This document shows, one piece after another, positions 1 through 12,959 of a stretch of 64,000 nucleotides of DNA. The translations under genes and the position numbers were made by a program. The notes under the pieces are model-generated. The model had not been told where the DNA came from, did not search any database, and saw only the letters and a list, made by a program, of their open reading frames with translations. The first letter of the stretch is position 1. Each line of letters opens with the position of its first letter. Origin of the DNA: the human T2T-CHM13v2.0 reference genome, Homo sapiens; assembly GCF_009914755.1 (NCBI RefSeq), contig NC_060927.1. One strand, given 5' to 3'.

Positions 1-1198
1 CCAGTCTGTGCCATTTAATTAGGACATTTAGCCCATTTACTTTTAAGGTTAGTATTGTAATGTGTGAATCTGATCCTGTCATCATGATGATATTTGGCTA
101 TTTTGCACACTACTTGATGCAGTCTCTTCATAATGTCATTGGTCTTTATATTTTGGGGTGATTTTGCAGTGGCTAGTACCGATTTTTTTCTTTCCATATT
201 TAGTGCTTCTTTTAGAGGCTCTTGCAGGCAGGGCTGGTGGTAATGAAATCCCTCAGCATTTTATCAGTAAACGATTTTATTTCTCCTTCACTTATGAAGC
301 TTAATTTGGCTGGATATGAAATTCCGGGTTGAAAATTCTTTTATTTAAGTATGTTGAATATTGGCCCCCAATCTCTTCTGGCTTGTAGAGTTTCTACTGA
401 GGGGTCCACTGTTAGTCTGATTGGCTTCCCTTTGTGGGTGAACTGATCTTTCTCTCTGGCTGCTCTTAACAGTTTTTCCTTCATTTCGACCTTGGAGATT
501 CTGACGATTATGTGTCTTGGGGTTGATCTTCTAGTGAAGTATCTTAATGGAGTTCTCTGTGTCTCCTGAATTTGCAGGTTGGCCTGTCTTGCTAGGTTGG
601 GGAAGTTCTCTTGGATAATATCCTGAAGTGTGTTTTCCACCTTGTTTCCATTCTCCCTGTCTCCTTCTGGTACTCCAATCACCCATACGTTTGGTCTTTT
701 TATGAAATCCCGTATTTCTTGGAGGCTTTGTTCATTCCTTTTCATCTTTTTTCTCTATTCTTGTCTACCTGTCTTAATTTAGTAATTAAGGATATCAAAC
801 TCTGATATCCTTTCTTCCACTTGGTTAGTCTGGCTATTGATACTTGTGTATGCTTCGTGGTAGGCCCTGGTGCCATGGGTTTGTGAGTGGGATATTCCTA
901 TCTGTGGGTTGCACAGTTCCCTGGAAAAAGCACAGTTTCCTAGGCTGGGTAGTGCACTCACTCACTCCTCCCTTGGCTTGGGGAGGAGGTTCCTCTTCTC
1001 TGTGTGGCTCTCAGGTAGGCCACTGCATCACACTGCTCTTCTTTCTTTCCGTGGGCCACACCGGCCTTTTAGTCAATTTTGACGAGAGAACCTGGATACC
1101 TCAGTTGTTGGTAAAGAATTCACATGCTTATTATGGTTTTCTTCTATGGGAGCCTCTGAACGCTGCTGCTTCTAGAGGGTCACCTTGGTCCCACCCCC
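1..1198 (-). mobile_element. LINE-1 5' portion (L1PA8-13-like): 5' UTR start, internally deleted, ORF1 and start of ORF2
   Basis: Minus strand begins GGGGGTGGGACCAAGGTGACCCTCTAGAAGCAGCAGCG (older L1PA 5' end). ORF1 peptide at 341..745. ORF2 start MTGSDSHITILTLKVNGLN from position 82 runs off the window. Confidence 0.95.
341..745 (-). pseudogene. LINE-1 ORF1p remnant (RRM region)
   Basis: Translation MKRNEQSLQEIRDFIKRPNVWVIGVPEGD...QENFPNLARQAN...RRSTPRHIIVR...GKPIRLT...LQARRDWGPIFNILK is canonical L1 ORF1p. It is disrupted by stops and frameshifts on both sides. Confidence 0.95.
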
Positions 1199-1222
1199 AA
1201 TATATTCTAACATTAATAACAC

Positions 1223-1539
1223 TTTTTTTTTTTTTTGAGACAGAGTCTCTCTCTGTCTCCCAGGCTGGACTGCAGTGGTGCGATCTCGGTTCACTGCAAA
1301 CTTCTCCTCACGAGTTCAACCAATTCTTGTGCCTCAGCCTCCTGAGTAGCTGGGATTGTGGGTGTGCACCACCACACCTGTCTAATTTTGTATTTTTAGG
1401 AGAAACAAGGTTTTGCAGTGTTGGCCAGGCTGGTCTTGTACTCCTAATTTTAGGTGATCCACCTACCTCAGCCTTCCAAAGTGCTGCGGTTACAGGTGTG
1501 AGCTGCTGGGATTATAGGTATGAACCACCGCACCTGGCC
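1223..1539 (-). mobile_element. AluS (Sx/Sz-like) with TSD and a 22 bp internal duplication
   Basis: Poly-T then GAGACAGAGTCT...CACCTGGCC. TSD AATAACAC(T)n at 1215 and 1540. Confidence 0.95.
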
Positions 1540-2007
1540 AATAACACTTTTTTTTGGCAATAAATTTCCTCTTACAGGAGGAAATAGTTAATGGAACAAA
1601 ACCATCAGCTTTAGATAGTAATGTTTCTGCCATGCCCACATATGTCTCTCTGAGGCAGGCAGCAGCTACAGAGGTCTTTGAATAAATGAACATCTGGTTC
1701 AATCAAATTTCTTTCTGTGCTTTATTATTTTGTTGTTATTTTTACACAACTGAACATAGTTCTCAAGAAATTGGTTAGAACAGTTGTGTTAAAATAGAAG
1801 ATGCAAATAAAATACCTCTTATTAAGAGAATATTTTTCTTATCTACAACAGAGTTTTCCTTAGACAGTACACCTACCCCAAATGCAGTCAGTACCCTGTG
1901 AAGAGGATGTCTTAGTTCAAGTCACATTTTCCCAAGTCCCTCACACCAAACTACAAACTATGAAACTCTAATGTGGTAAATCCTTCACCTGACTTCTAAA
2001 ATAGGTG

Positions 2008-2295
2008 GTTGGCATAGTGGGGAGATCATGGCTTCTACATCTAAGAATTGTGCACTTAAATCCTGGCTCTGAAGAGATCACGGTTTCTAAACCTAAGAGT
2101 TGTGCATTTAAATCCTGGCTTTAATGTTTACCAGCTCCAATATGTTAGACAAATTATTTGACTACTTTTAAATCCATTTGTCTCATATGTAAAGTGGAGG
2201 AATACAATGGCATTCTCAAGATGGCTGAGAAAGTGTAACTAATACAAATAATGCATGAAATACCCAGACATACAGTAGACATAAGATTAGTTCTT
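2008..2295 (+). mobile_element. MIR SINE with a 52 bp tandem duplication
   Basis: AAATCCTGGCT...TTATTTGACT...TCTCATATGTAAAGTGG core similarity. Confidence 0.65.
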
Positions 2296-3547
2296 TTCAA
2301 CATTTTAGATTGCCTAAGTTAGAACGTGGCTCTTGGGTAAAAGTTGCTGTTTTTATTCAGGTATCCACTGCCCTTAGCACAGAGTAGGCAATGCAAATTC
2401 TGAAAGTATTACTGCATTCTAGTTGTTTCCATGGTTACTGTTGAAACTACCTGCTGTAATATATATGTATATCCTTATTATAAGGTATTTATATATGATA
2501 TTGTTAATATGGTTATATAATGTAAATTTTCCAAAAGAGATTTTTGACTCTAGAGAAGACATAAAATTGTTGAGAAATAAATCTGACCAAAATCTTTCAG
2601 GTGTATTTGGAGATCACTGCAATTTATGTTACCTTAAAAAGGTATGTTTAAGATAGAGAGGAGCAGGTTTATTGAAAAACATGGTTTATTTCCAGGTGTT
2701 TTCTAGATTGAGTGTCATCGGGCAAAAAAGAAGAGAGGAAAAGAGAGAAAATAAATTAAATACCTCTATGATTTCATGCAGAGACAAGAAAAACAAATTT
2801 AAACACCACCTGCAGTCTTTGTGTGTCAAGATAATTTTATTTATATTACACTCCCCTGATCAAGGTGCTGTGGGCATGAAATACACAATTAAAATGAGAT
2901 AATAATAAACAACAAGAGTTAAAACATTATAAAAATCCAAATTGAAGATGACAAAGACAGGAATAAGAGAGTGCTGGGATGGGAGACGACTGATACGTTT
3001 AGCTCAAATCTAAAAGTCTCACAATCTGTATTTTCTAGAATGAGCGTGTGATGACTTATGATCCATTTGGCTGTCATAGAACCTGGCATTGTAGTTGCCT
3101 TATTTCTCGCTGTTGGGGTTGGGAAACATAGATCATAACAAGCCCACATGTGAGGATTCATATTTAGCTTAAGATATTCAGACAGCTCTGATTTACCATT
3201 GTAACTTGTTATAGCTTAGCAGTCTTAGGGGCTGCTGTCATTATCATGCTGTTGGATTTCAAAAGTGCTTTAGTTGGCAAAGCTGCTATTTTTATAGAGA
3301 CAAAAAAGTGTCTCCAGCAACTTGAGATATTAAAGAGGCTGGCAGCATATTGCTACATGTTGTTAAACAAATCCATTGTTCAAAGATTTTACCTTTAGTG
3401 ACTGGCCAGAAAATGAACTAGAGAATAAATGCCTTCAAATTCTGAAATCTTTAGTAGTGTCTCAGGTCACAAGGAAAAAGAATATATGTTGATGAAAAGG
3501 GATTAAAATGGAACAAATAGGGTTATCTAAAACAAAAACCAATAGAA

Positions 3548-4035
3548 AGAGAGTTTCCAAATCTGTGAGAGCCTTTGGTATCTATGAGGTTAGAATTTAG
3601 AGGCTTCATGATTTTGGATGGAGAAAAAAATTACATCTTTTTTTTTTAAGCAATCTCTAAAATTTGGCATTTCTTTCATTTTGGAATGTGGACAAACTCA
3701 TAATAGATAGAAGCGCCTATGATTTTGTTACTAATATGTGTCATAAATACTTTCATTTTCCATTATAGATTGTTTATTGTTTGCACCAATTACTACTTAG
3801 AAAATTAATGTAATTATTACACCTGCACTGTAAGGCATTAATTAAAACACATATATTGATATAACACAAATTTGAATGTATATTAGTAATTGTATTTCAC
3901 CATCATTTGATTTCTTTGTAGTCATATGTAATTTATATTAGGCATTTAAAATGTTATTTTGATAAGCATTTAAAGGTCCACAGCTTTCAATAAACCACCA
4001 AAAAGTTAGTGACCCACAACAGGTCAATAATTGAT
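3548..4035 (+). mobile_element. MER113-like hAT-Charlie DNA transposon
   Basis: TTGGATGGAGAAAAAAATTACATCTTT...AAATTTGGCATTTCTTTC...GCATTTAAAATGTTATT...GGTCCACAGCTTTCA is colinear with the MER113 consensus as I recall it. Confidence 0.75.
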
Positions 4036-4294
4036 TCGTTGGTAGCAGAAATGTATTCTGCAGAAGCTAAGTAAATCATGGTTAAATAAAATTTTAGCAT
4101 TAACAAAATATCAGCACCTTTCAGAAACTAACAAAGAGCAAATGCTGTGTGCTGACAATCCCCTCCGTTACATACAAGCAAACTTAGGGCAGAAGGGGCC
4201 AAATAACAAATCCTCACATACAAATACTTCTGTATCATCATAGCAAAATATCATGAAACAATGCTTGATTTGCAGGTTTCTCAAATAGGAAGAA

Positions 4295-4460
4295 AGCAGT
4301 CTGGTAGGGTGAAAAGATCACGTGGCATATTTGTATTCTGACTTATATCACAAAGTTGCTATCTGACTTTGCTATTACCCAAATATTCAGAACTTGTTTG
4401 TTCACTTATGTAATGAGGAAATTGGACACTTTACCCCTTTCAGATCTAAAATCCTCTCCC
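4295..4460 (+). mobile_element. MIR3/MIRc fragment
   Basis: GCAGTCTGGTAGGGTGAAAAGA...TGTAATGAGGAAATTGGAC...CCTTTTCAGATCTAAAATCCT. Confidence 0.5.
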
Positions 4461-5529
4461 AATTATCTGTAATCCCTTGATTAAAATGAGTTTTTTGACT
4501 CCCACTATAAATAAATGTTTTACTGAAAGGGTTTTGCATTGAGGTGTTATTGTATTGATTCTTCCACTATTTGAAACATTAAGAGTACCCAGGTTTTCAC
4601 TATTAGTTAGAAATTATTAGATATTAACCATAGTTACATGTCATAAAAAGCAGGTAGATATGCCTTAAGATATTTCAGCTATTAATTAGCTGCTCACGCA
4701 CATTTTCTAAGATCAGTGCATGATTTATCCCTGAAGAATTGTAGTCTCTTTTTCAGTACAAAGTGCTATAGCACGTACTTTGATCACTTGAAATTTCACA
4801 TGCTGCTTGGGAAAAGAAAAATCCTAATTTATCTGTAAGGTGCTTTTTCTCTTGAAGGGATTTTTTTCAGAGAGTAACTTAAAAACGTAACTATTTATTC
4901 TCAGCCTCCCTTTTTTTCCCCTCTCTGTCCCTTTTGTTTGGGCAATGGCATACACATTTTAATCTTAAAACCTTGGTAGGTAAGGGGTAACTTTTGGAGC
5001 TGTGATATATTAATCTTTTAGGAAGACATTTAAGCTCTTGAAGGTTTTGTATGAACATATGAAGTTACCTTATGAAACACTTCACATTTCTTATTAACTT
5101 AGCACTTCATAAACAGAGATTTGAAGTGTTTGATTTCTTCTAAATATATTAATAAAATGGATAGCCTGCCCATGGAATCTAAATTTATTGTTTATTCCAT
5201 AAAATATTCAGAATAAAAAGAAATAAGGTTAAGATTTTTATTTTTAAAGGGCTCACTAGTTTCTTCAGTGAAACTTCTCTCAATTGCTTTTATTAAATGA
5301 ATTAAGTTGTGTAGGGGAGGCATTGAGGTGGATTGGGGTCATTTAATAGCATAGTGAAAGGGTGACTTTACCGTGAGGCATTTCCATTCCCATGGCCTTG
5401 GTGTCTTAGATAATGCTATTAAAATTAAAAAGCCGCCCATAAGCCTAGTAATGAAATGATAAACAAACAAGGACAAGTATTTCTTGCCAATGACAGGCAG
5501 TTGTTTATATGCCTTAATCCACAAATTGC

Positions 5530-5600
5530 TTTCACTTAATTAATTAGTTTAATGTTTGCAAAGCACTTTGAAGATGAAAGGAATGAAAGGAATTATTATA
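5530..5600 (+). mobile_element. Ancient amniote SINE 3' tail (MIR1_Amn/AmnSINE-like)
   Basis: CTTAATTAATT...AATGTTTGCAAAGCACTTTGAAGATGAAAGG...ATTATTAT resembles the tail of ancient amniote SINEs. Confidence 0.4.
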
Positions 5601-6935
5601 TAAATGAAAGAATTTTTTAATGGACTCAATTCTCCTCTCAGAGGCTGAGAGCTCATCAGCTGCCCATCTTCCTTCATGAGGACAGGAGAAATTGCCCTCT
5701 AGAATTTTTCCAGGGCAGCAGATCTGCCCCTGTGATATGTTGGCTTTTGACTCGTTGAGAAATGAAGACCCAAACCTCTCCTTTCTTTGTATTTTACTAA
5801 CTACAAGAGAATCTCTTTAAAAGCAGGAAATAATGTGCATAAAGCCCTTAAAAATCATTAGAGGGGAGGAAAGGGCACTTATTATCACTCTTTTTCCTTT
5901 CAAGGTAGGACCTGGGGAATGTCTATCCTCCCTCTCGCCACTAGGACTGCTGGAGCAGAGACACCCACCTGCCAGGGAGACCAAGAAGTATTCCTTTTGA
6001 AGTCCTCTCACAGTGGCAGTCTTTGCACCTAAACAGCTAATTAAATAGCAAATGAGTGCATTTGGATTTTGAACAGTGTCACCTGAATTGCTCTCCTTTT
6101 TAGGAGTGTTTTTTTTCCCTAAACAAAACTCATTATCAATATACTATAGAATTCCAGCCACTTTCAAAATTGAATTCTGCAAGTGAATAAACAGATTCAT
6201 ATTCGAATCATGAGTGGATTTTCAACCGTTTCAAAATGAGGAGAATCTATCTTAGAAGACTCAAGACATTGCTGTGATTCTAAAAGTAAAATTAATACCT
6301 GAGTTTAAAACAGCGTGTGTTTTAACTGTAATGGAGGAGATACAAATAGATATTAAAAATCAATAGTATATCAGTCAAAAACATAACTAAACAGGAGAAA
6401 TTTTGAAGATATGTTTTTGATTTATAAATTCTTCAAATAAAATTTCTACATTTTTGAAGCACCAAGTATTAAGTTTAATTGTTAAAGCACTCATATAAAG
6501 AAAACTTATATATGTATATTTCTTGATCTCTAGTCATAAAATTTAAACAGAGATGAAAAAACCTTTGATGATGTCTGTATACAATACAAACATATCATAT
6601 ATATCTTATAGCCTTTTTATTAGCTGGTTGGAAGTATTAAAAATAAGATAACATATGTTGTCAAAAAGGAATGATTATTACTCAAATACAATGTACTCCC
6701 AAGGTGATATATGCACTATAATTTACTTTTCAGAGTTTGGAGCAGGGAGAAGACTTAGAGCTTTCTAATTTATTCAAAGGACAAATTAGAAGGAAAAACC
6801 TAAAAGCCTTATTGTATGCTCCAAAATTTAGAGGCATATTTGACTCCACAGCAGCCAAATCCCTCAGAAAATAAGCTATTGCTTTGGAAATAAAATAATG
6901 CTGAAAATGTAAAGAAATATAGCCCAAATTATTTA

Positions 6936-7337
<402 letters not shown>

Positions 7338-7559
7338 TTAAATGAGGTTAGAGGATAAAGTAGAGTAGAACTCAAAGTTTGATGTAGATTTATTTGCCAT
7401 AATGAATAGCATACTTAACAAGGCAGAACCTTTGCTTATGCATACAAATGTTGTAGTATTCTTCAAAAAATCATGTCCTTCTAATCAAAACCTGGGCTAT
7501 TTGTATTTTCTTTTGATACAATTTGTAAAGAATGTTGGCTGCTAAAAATGTGGGAACAT

Positions 7560-8123
<564 letters not shown>

Positions 8124-8381
8124 TTATTTGAAAACATAATAGTAATAATAAAAGTAATAAAAGTATATCCAAAATAAAAGTCAAAATTTAAAAATAAATA
8201 AATAAGATCCACTTTTAAAAGGTGAATAACCATAAATTTCTCTATGAGACTGATATTAGGATAAGTTTTTACTAAAGATCAGCTTTTGCTAAATGTCAGT
8301 ATTTACTAAAGAAAAAAGTAACTGACAAGGTATTTTTAATCATTAAAAGTTGATAGTTTAATTTGTCTGTACTTTGTTCTG

Positions 8382-8688
8382 TTTTATTTATTTATTTTTT
8401 AATTATACCTTAAGTTCTGGGATACATGTGCGGAACGTGCAGGTTTGTTACATAGGTATACATGTGCCATGATGGTTTGCTGCACCCATCAACCCGTCAT
8501 CTACATTAGGTATTTCTCCTAATGTTATCCCTCCCCTAGCCCCCCACCCTCTGACAGGCCCTGGTGTGTGATGTTCCCCATCCTGTGTCCATGTAAGCTG
8601 GAAACCATCATTCTCAGCAAACTAACACAGGAACAGAAAAGCAAACACTGAATATTCTCACTCATAAGCGGGAGCTGAACAATGAGGA
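8382..8688 (-). mobile_element. Short L1PA6/7-like 3' end with 5' inversion
   Basis: 8382-8595 is the L1 3' UTR on minus. 8596-8688 is the adjacent upstream L1 segment (AAGCTGGAAACC...GAACAATGAG) on plus. Confidence 0.9.
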
Positions 8689-8692
8689 CAAG

Positions 8693-9027
<335 letters not shown>

Positions 9028-9139
9028 GAGGACAAGCTTTAAAGAAAATTAAAAGTTACTTATTTCAATGCCTAGTATATGTTGAGCAGCTAAACAAATG
9101 TTAGTCACTGCAATTTGTAAGAAAAGCAATAGAGCCTAC

Positions 9140-9360
9140 TGAACAAGAACATGGAGACTAGAGTCAGACTGCACAGGTTTGAGACCCAGCTCTAACAATG
9201 ACTAGCCTTGTGATCTTGGGCAAGTTATTGAATCTCTCCGTGTTTCCATCTTCCTGTAAGTAAAGGTAATAATAGTACTAATATGGATTAAATATGTTAA
9301 TTCACCTAAATCATTTTAAAACATACCTTATATTTAAGTTTTATTTAAGTGTTAGCAAGT
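9140..9360 (+). mobile_element. MIR
   Basis: GAGTCAGACTG...CCCAGCTCT...GTGATCTTGGGCAAGTTATTGAATCTCTC core. Confidence 0.85.
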
Positions 9361-9534
9361 ATTCTTAAAAATAATATTGTATAGGCATTTGTGTGAGGTT
9401 TTATGAATGTCTGTGTTTCAATCTTGTTTAACTTTCATGAATGTCTATATTTCATGAATGTCTATGTTTCAATCTTGTATGGATTAATTCACTAGGTTAT
9501 GGGAAAATGGGAGACATCAGGTCTGAGGAATGAT

Positions 9535-9720
9535 TAATGTGTTTGATTCTGTATGTGCAGAGTTCAGTTCCTTTTGAGACATCCAAGTGAAACATTAAGT
9601 AAGCATTTGGATATACACTTTAGTAGCTTAGACCAGTGGTCTGAATTGGAGGTTAGACAAAATGGTGCTGGTGGTAAGAAAGGGATTACTGGGATACTGA
9701 CGATAACTGAAGCTAGGGTC
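9535..9720 (-). mobile_element. L2 fragment
   Basis: TGAGACATCCAAGTGAAAC...TTGGATATAC matches L2 antisense. Confidence 0.6.
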
Positions 9721-10536
9721 TTAAACAACACAGTATAGAAAGTTTATAGAGGGAGGAGAAAAAACATTTAATTAAAACTCAAAGTATAGTTTATTTACAA
9801 AGTCCTCTTGAATCCTTTGGATAGACACCTAGGCTAGCTGCCATTGTATTTCTGTAGATTCTGGTAACCACGTAAGTATTTTCTCATGAGAAATGGGATC
9901 TACTTCAAATCTAGATTCAGTCATTGGGAATAGAGCTTCTCCCTTTCTCCTTTGCTAGCCTGGAAAATTGGCAAATGGTAATAAGCCCTTTGGTTATGAG
10001 CTACAGCAGGTAGTTCTTGAAACTTTGAGCATGAATGGTAATAGACTAGGGACTTAGGACGGAAGAGGACTGTGAGATTCTTGTTATGAGATTGAGATTT
10101 ACAAAATTGAACTAGAGAGCCAAATGAGGAATCAGAGAAGGTAATTTCCAGAAATCTGAAGTTTTTGGTTTTGGATTCATGGAGACTTGGCCTTTGTGAA
10201 TATTCTAGATTTTACTCAGATCCTGGATATTTGACATTTGTCCAGGATTTGGCCTGCTTTTTTCCCCCTTCTGTTTCTATTAGTTTATATTTTAGGATCA
10301 TTTTTTTCTTCTGTTTTTCTGCCTATTGAAATTCTATTGTTCCATACTCTTGTTCCTAATGAAGGACAAATTCATTTGAGGACTTATTTTTCTACAACAA
10401 ATTTAATTGGAGTAGAAACTGAACAAAAATTATTTGTCTTTACTTCTCCTACCAAAATATATTTACAGTTGTATTTCTTAGATGCACAGAAATATATACG
10501 TTGGAAATGTAGAGATTAGGAGATAAATAAACGTTA

Positions 10537-10578
10537 TAGACAGATAGATGATAGATTATAGATAGATAGATGATAGAT

Positions 10579-10627
<49 letters not shown>

Positions 10628-10636
10628 GTGATAGAT
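10537..10636. repeat. Compound (GATA)n tetranucleotide STR
   Basis: 12 uninterrupted GATA units at 10579-10626 with GAT-interrupted flanks. Confidence 0.98.
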
Positions 10637-12804
10637 TTCCAAGACACTCCAGTTAAATATTATTCAGTTGAAAGCGAAAGTCTTTATAAAATGCAATGAG
10701 AGAGGAAAGTATTGGGGACTATGAAGGTGAACGGTTTTCAACCTGGAGAAGAAGTCATACGATGAGAAATGAGGAGTCAGGGGATAGCAAAGGAAGCTTA
10801 TTTTCCTTTTCTCTGCCATTCCTACTTGCCTGTGTAGCAGTCCACACAGAATCCTTCAGAGTCAGTATACATTCACACACCTACCTCCCTGTGCACACAT
10901 ACTCACATACCCACAAACACACAAGCATAACATAAAAGCTTGTCATTTGCAATTGTAAGTGCTGATCATTGTTAGCATTGACTAAAACTAATAAGTTGCT
11001 TTTTGTTAAGAAAGTGGGCTTTTAACTTCAAGATGTATTCACTCAAGAAAATAAAAGAAAAAAAAAGAAGATCTCCCAAGTATCATTTATCTTTGAATGA
11101 CACCATTTTATTTCTCCCTGCTACTTGCAGTAGCAGCAGCCAATCTTAGATAATTTTTTGCTACCTGTGGCTGAGTGAAAAACTGAGTTCATCATAGTCT
11201 TAAAAAACAATATGAATAATGACATTATATATTTTGCTGGTCAATTAGTAATGATTGAGGTCGTTTGAATGATGCCCTTTCATCATTCCAGAATTGTAAA
11301 ACTAGAATTAGGAATATTAGCCTCTGGGTGTTCTGTCCTGTGACTGCCTATTGGAGAGAAGATACTTGATTCTTAATGACTATGGAAGATTTTTAACTAG
11401 AGGTGAATCATCTCAGAGACATTCGCAATCTACAGAGACTACTATGAGTTGAAAACTTACTTTGCTTGATGTATATGTATTTGTTTGGAACAAGCACCTT
11501 TGAGTTGAAAGTAACACATGTCCTCTTGTTTAAGTGACAAATGTGACCATTACTGTTGCATAAGGAGTAGTATAGAGGAGAAAGTAGATCAACTCAATAT
11601 GAAGATATTAAAAAAGGATATCTTAAAATGCATGATACTGAATTAATATGTTCAGATAATTCAAGAAAATGGTATGTGTAAGGCATCATATCTGGAGCAT
11701 AAAAAGATTTAATAGATGATATCATTGGCTGTCATAAACCAATCATTATATGCATGTAAATCCTCAAGTAATGACACTAATAATCTCCAACTCACCAATC
11801 TTATTTGTTTATTCCTCTTTAAATCTTTACATCACTCTTTCCTCTCTTCTCTAACATCTGAATTTTTTTCCCTCATACTCTCACTTAATACTTGTATTTT
11901 CATCTGTCAGTTGCTTTTTCCTATCTATTGATAATTGTTTAACCCTTGTTGAAGAAGAATCAGAGGTCCTAAGAAAAATCCTTTTTTCTTTTCGTCCTTT
12001 GGCAATCCAAAGCATTCCACATACGTCCTTATTCATCAGTATTTTTAAAAAATAATTTCTTCATCTACTTCTGAGTAGAGGGAAGAGGTGCAATACATGA
12101 CCCACACATTTGTTTTAACATTCTAAGAAGGATAATGAGGAGAGGGAGGCAAGACAAGGAAGAATGAAACACAAAATTGACTTTGCACATTCACTATATG
12201 TTAAACTTTGTGCATATTCTCTCCTCTTTGTAAGATAGATATATCGGGGAATTATGGTTAAGTAGTGGATAGGCTATAGTTTTGAATAAAATTACTTAAA
12301 TTAATTCTAATAATTCCAAATTTCTTCAATGGAAAGCCTTTTCCTCACATCCCTCTCTTTTTCCTTTTGTCTTTCTTCTTTGCAATGCAGCTACCATTAA
12401 TCACTTTTATAGATTCCTTTGTAGTTCCTCTGCAATTGCCAGCTTATGTTATATACTGCATCTTATTTCCCTCTTGTTAAACTCACCGCTTGACTCCTGA
12501 TTCCTATTTTACTCCCTAAAACTATTTATTGTTTCTGCAGCCCTCTCCTTGCACTGACAACCTGGAATTAAAATTGTATATGAAATCCTTCAATGTTTGG
12601 CCCAATCTGCATCTCAGATAGCACGGTCAGATAATCCTATAGAATGAGTATTTCTAATTCTTTCTTGTGTTGAATTGATTTATTTCAATAAGCTGGAACC
12701 AGTCATAAATGCTTAGGCTCCTCTTTCAAAGCAAACTCAGTATTGCCAGTTAAATATCTCATGGGCTCCCACATTGCAATTATTAGTGCAAGTCTATCTC
12801 ATTT

Positions 12805-12930
12805 AAAAAGTTGTAAACTCCTTGAGATAAGCCGCTGTGTTTTATTGGTATTTTTATTCCTATTGTTTTTCACTGTGCTGAACTCTTATTAAATACTGAA
12901 TGAGAAATGCTGAATTAAACAATGAATGGA
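12805..12930 (+). mobile_element. L2 3' end fragment
   Basis: TGTAAACTCCTTGAGA...TGTGTTTTATT...AAATACTGAATGA...AATGAATG. Confidence 0.5.
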
Positions 12931-12959
12931 GAATTTTCAGTGGTGTGAGAGAAGGGAAA

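Noticed and set aside
844-1563. Longest ORF (239 aa, +)
   Set aside because: It is antisense L1 5' UTR read through into an antisense Alu ([25 protein letters not shown]), starts at a non-ATG codon, and is a typical Alu-derived spurious ORF.
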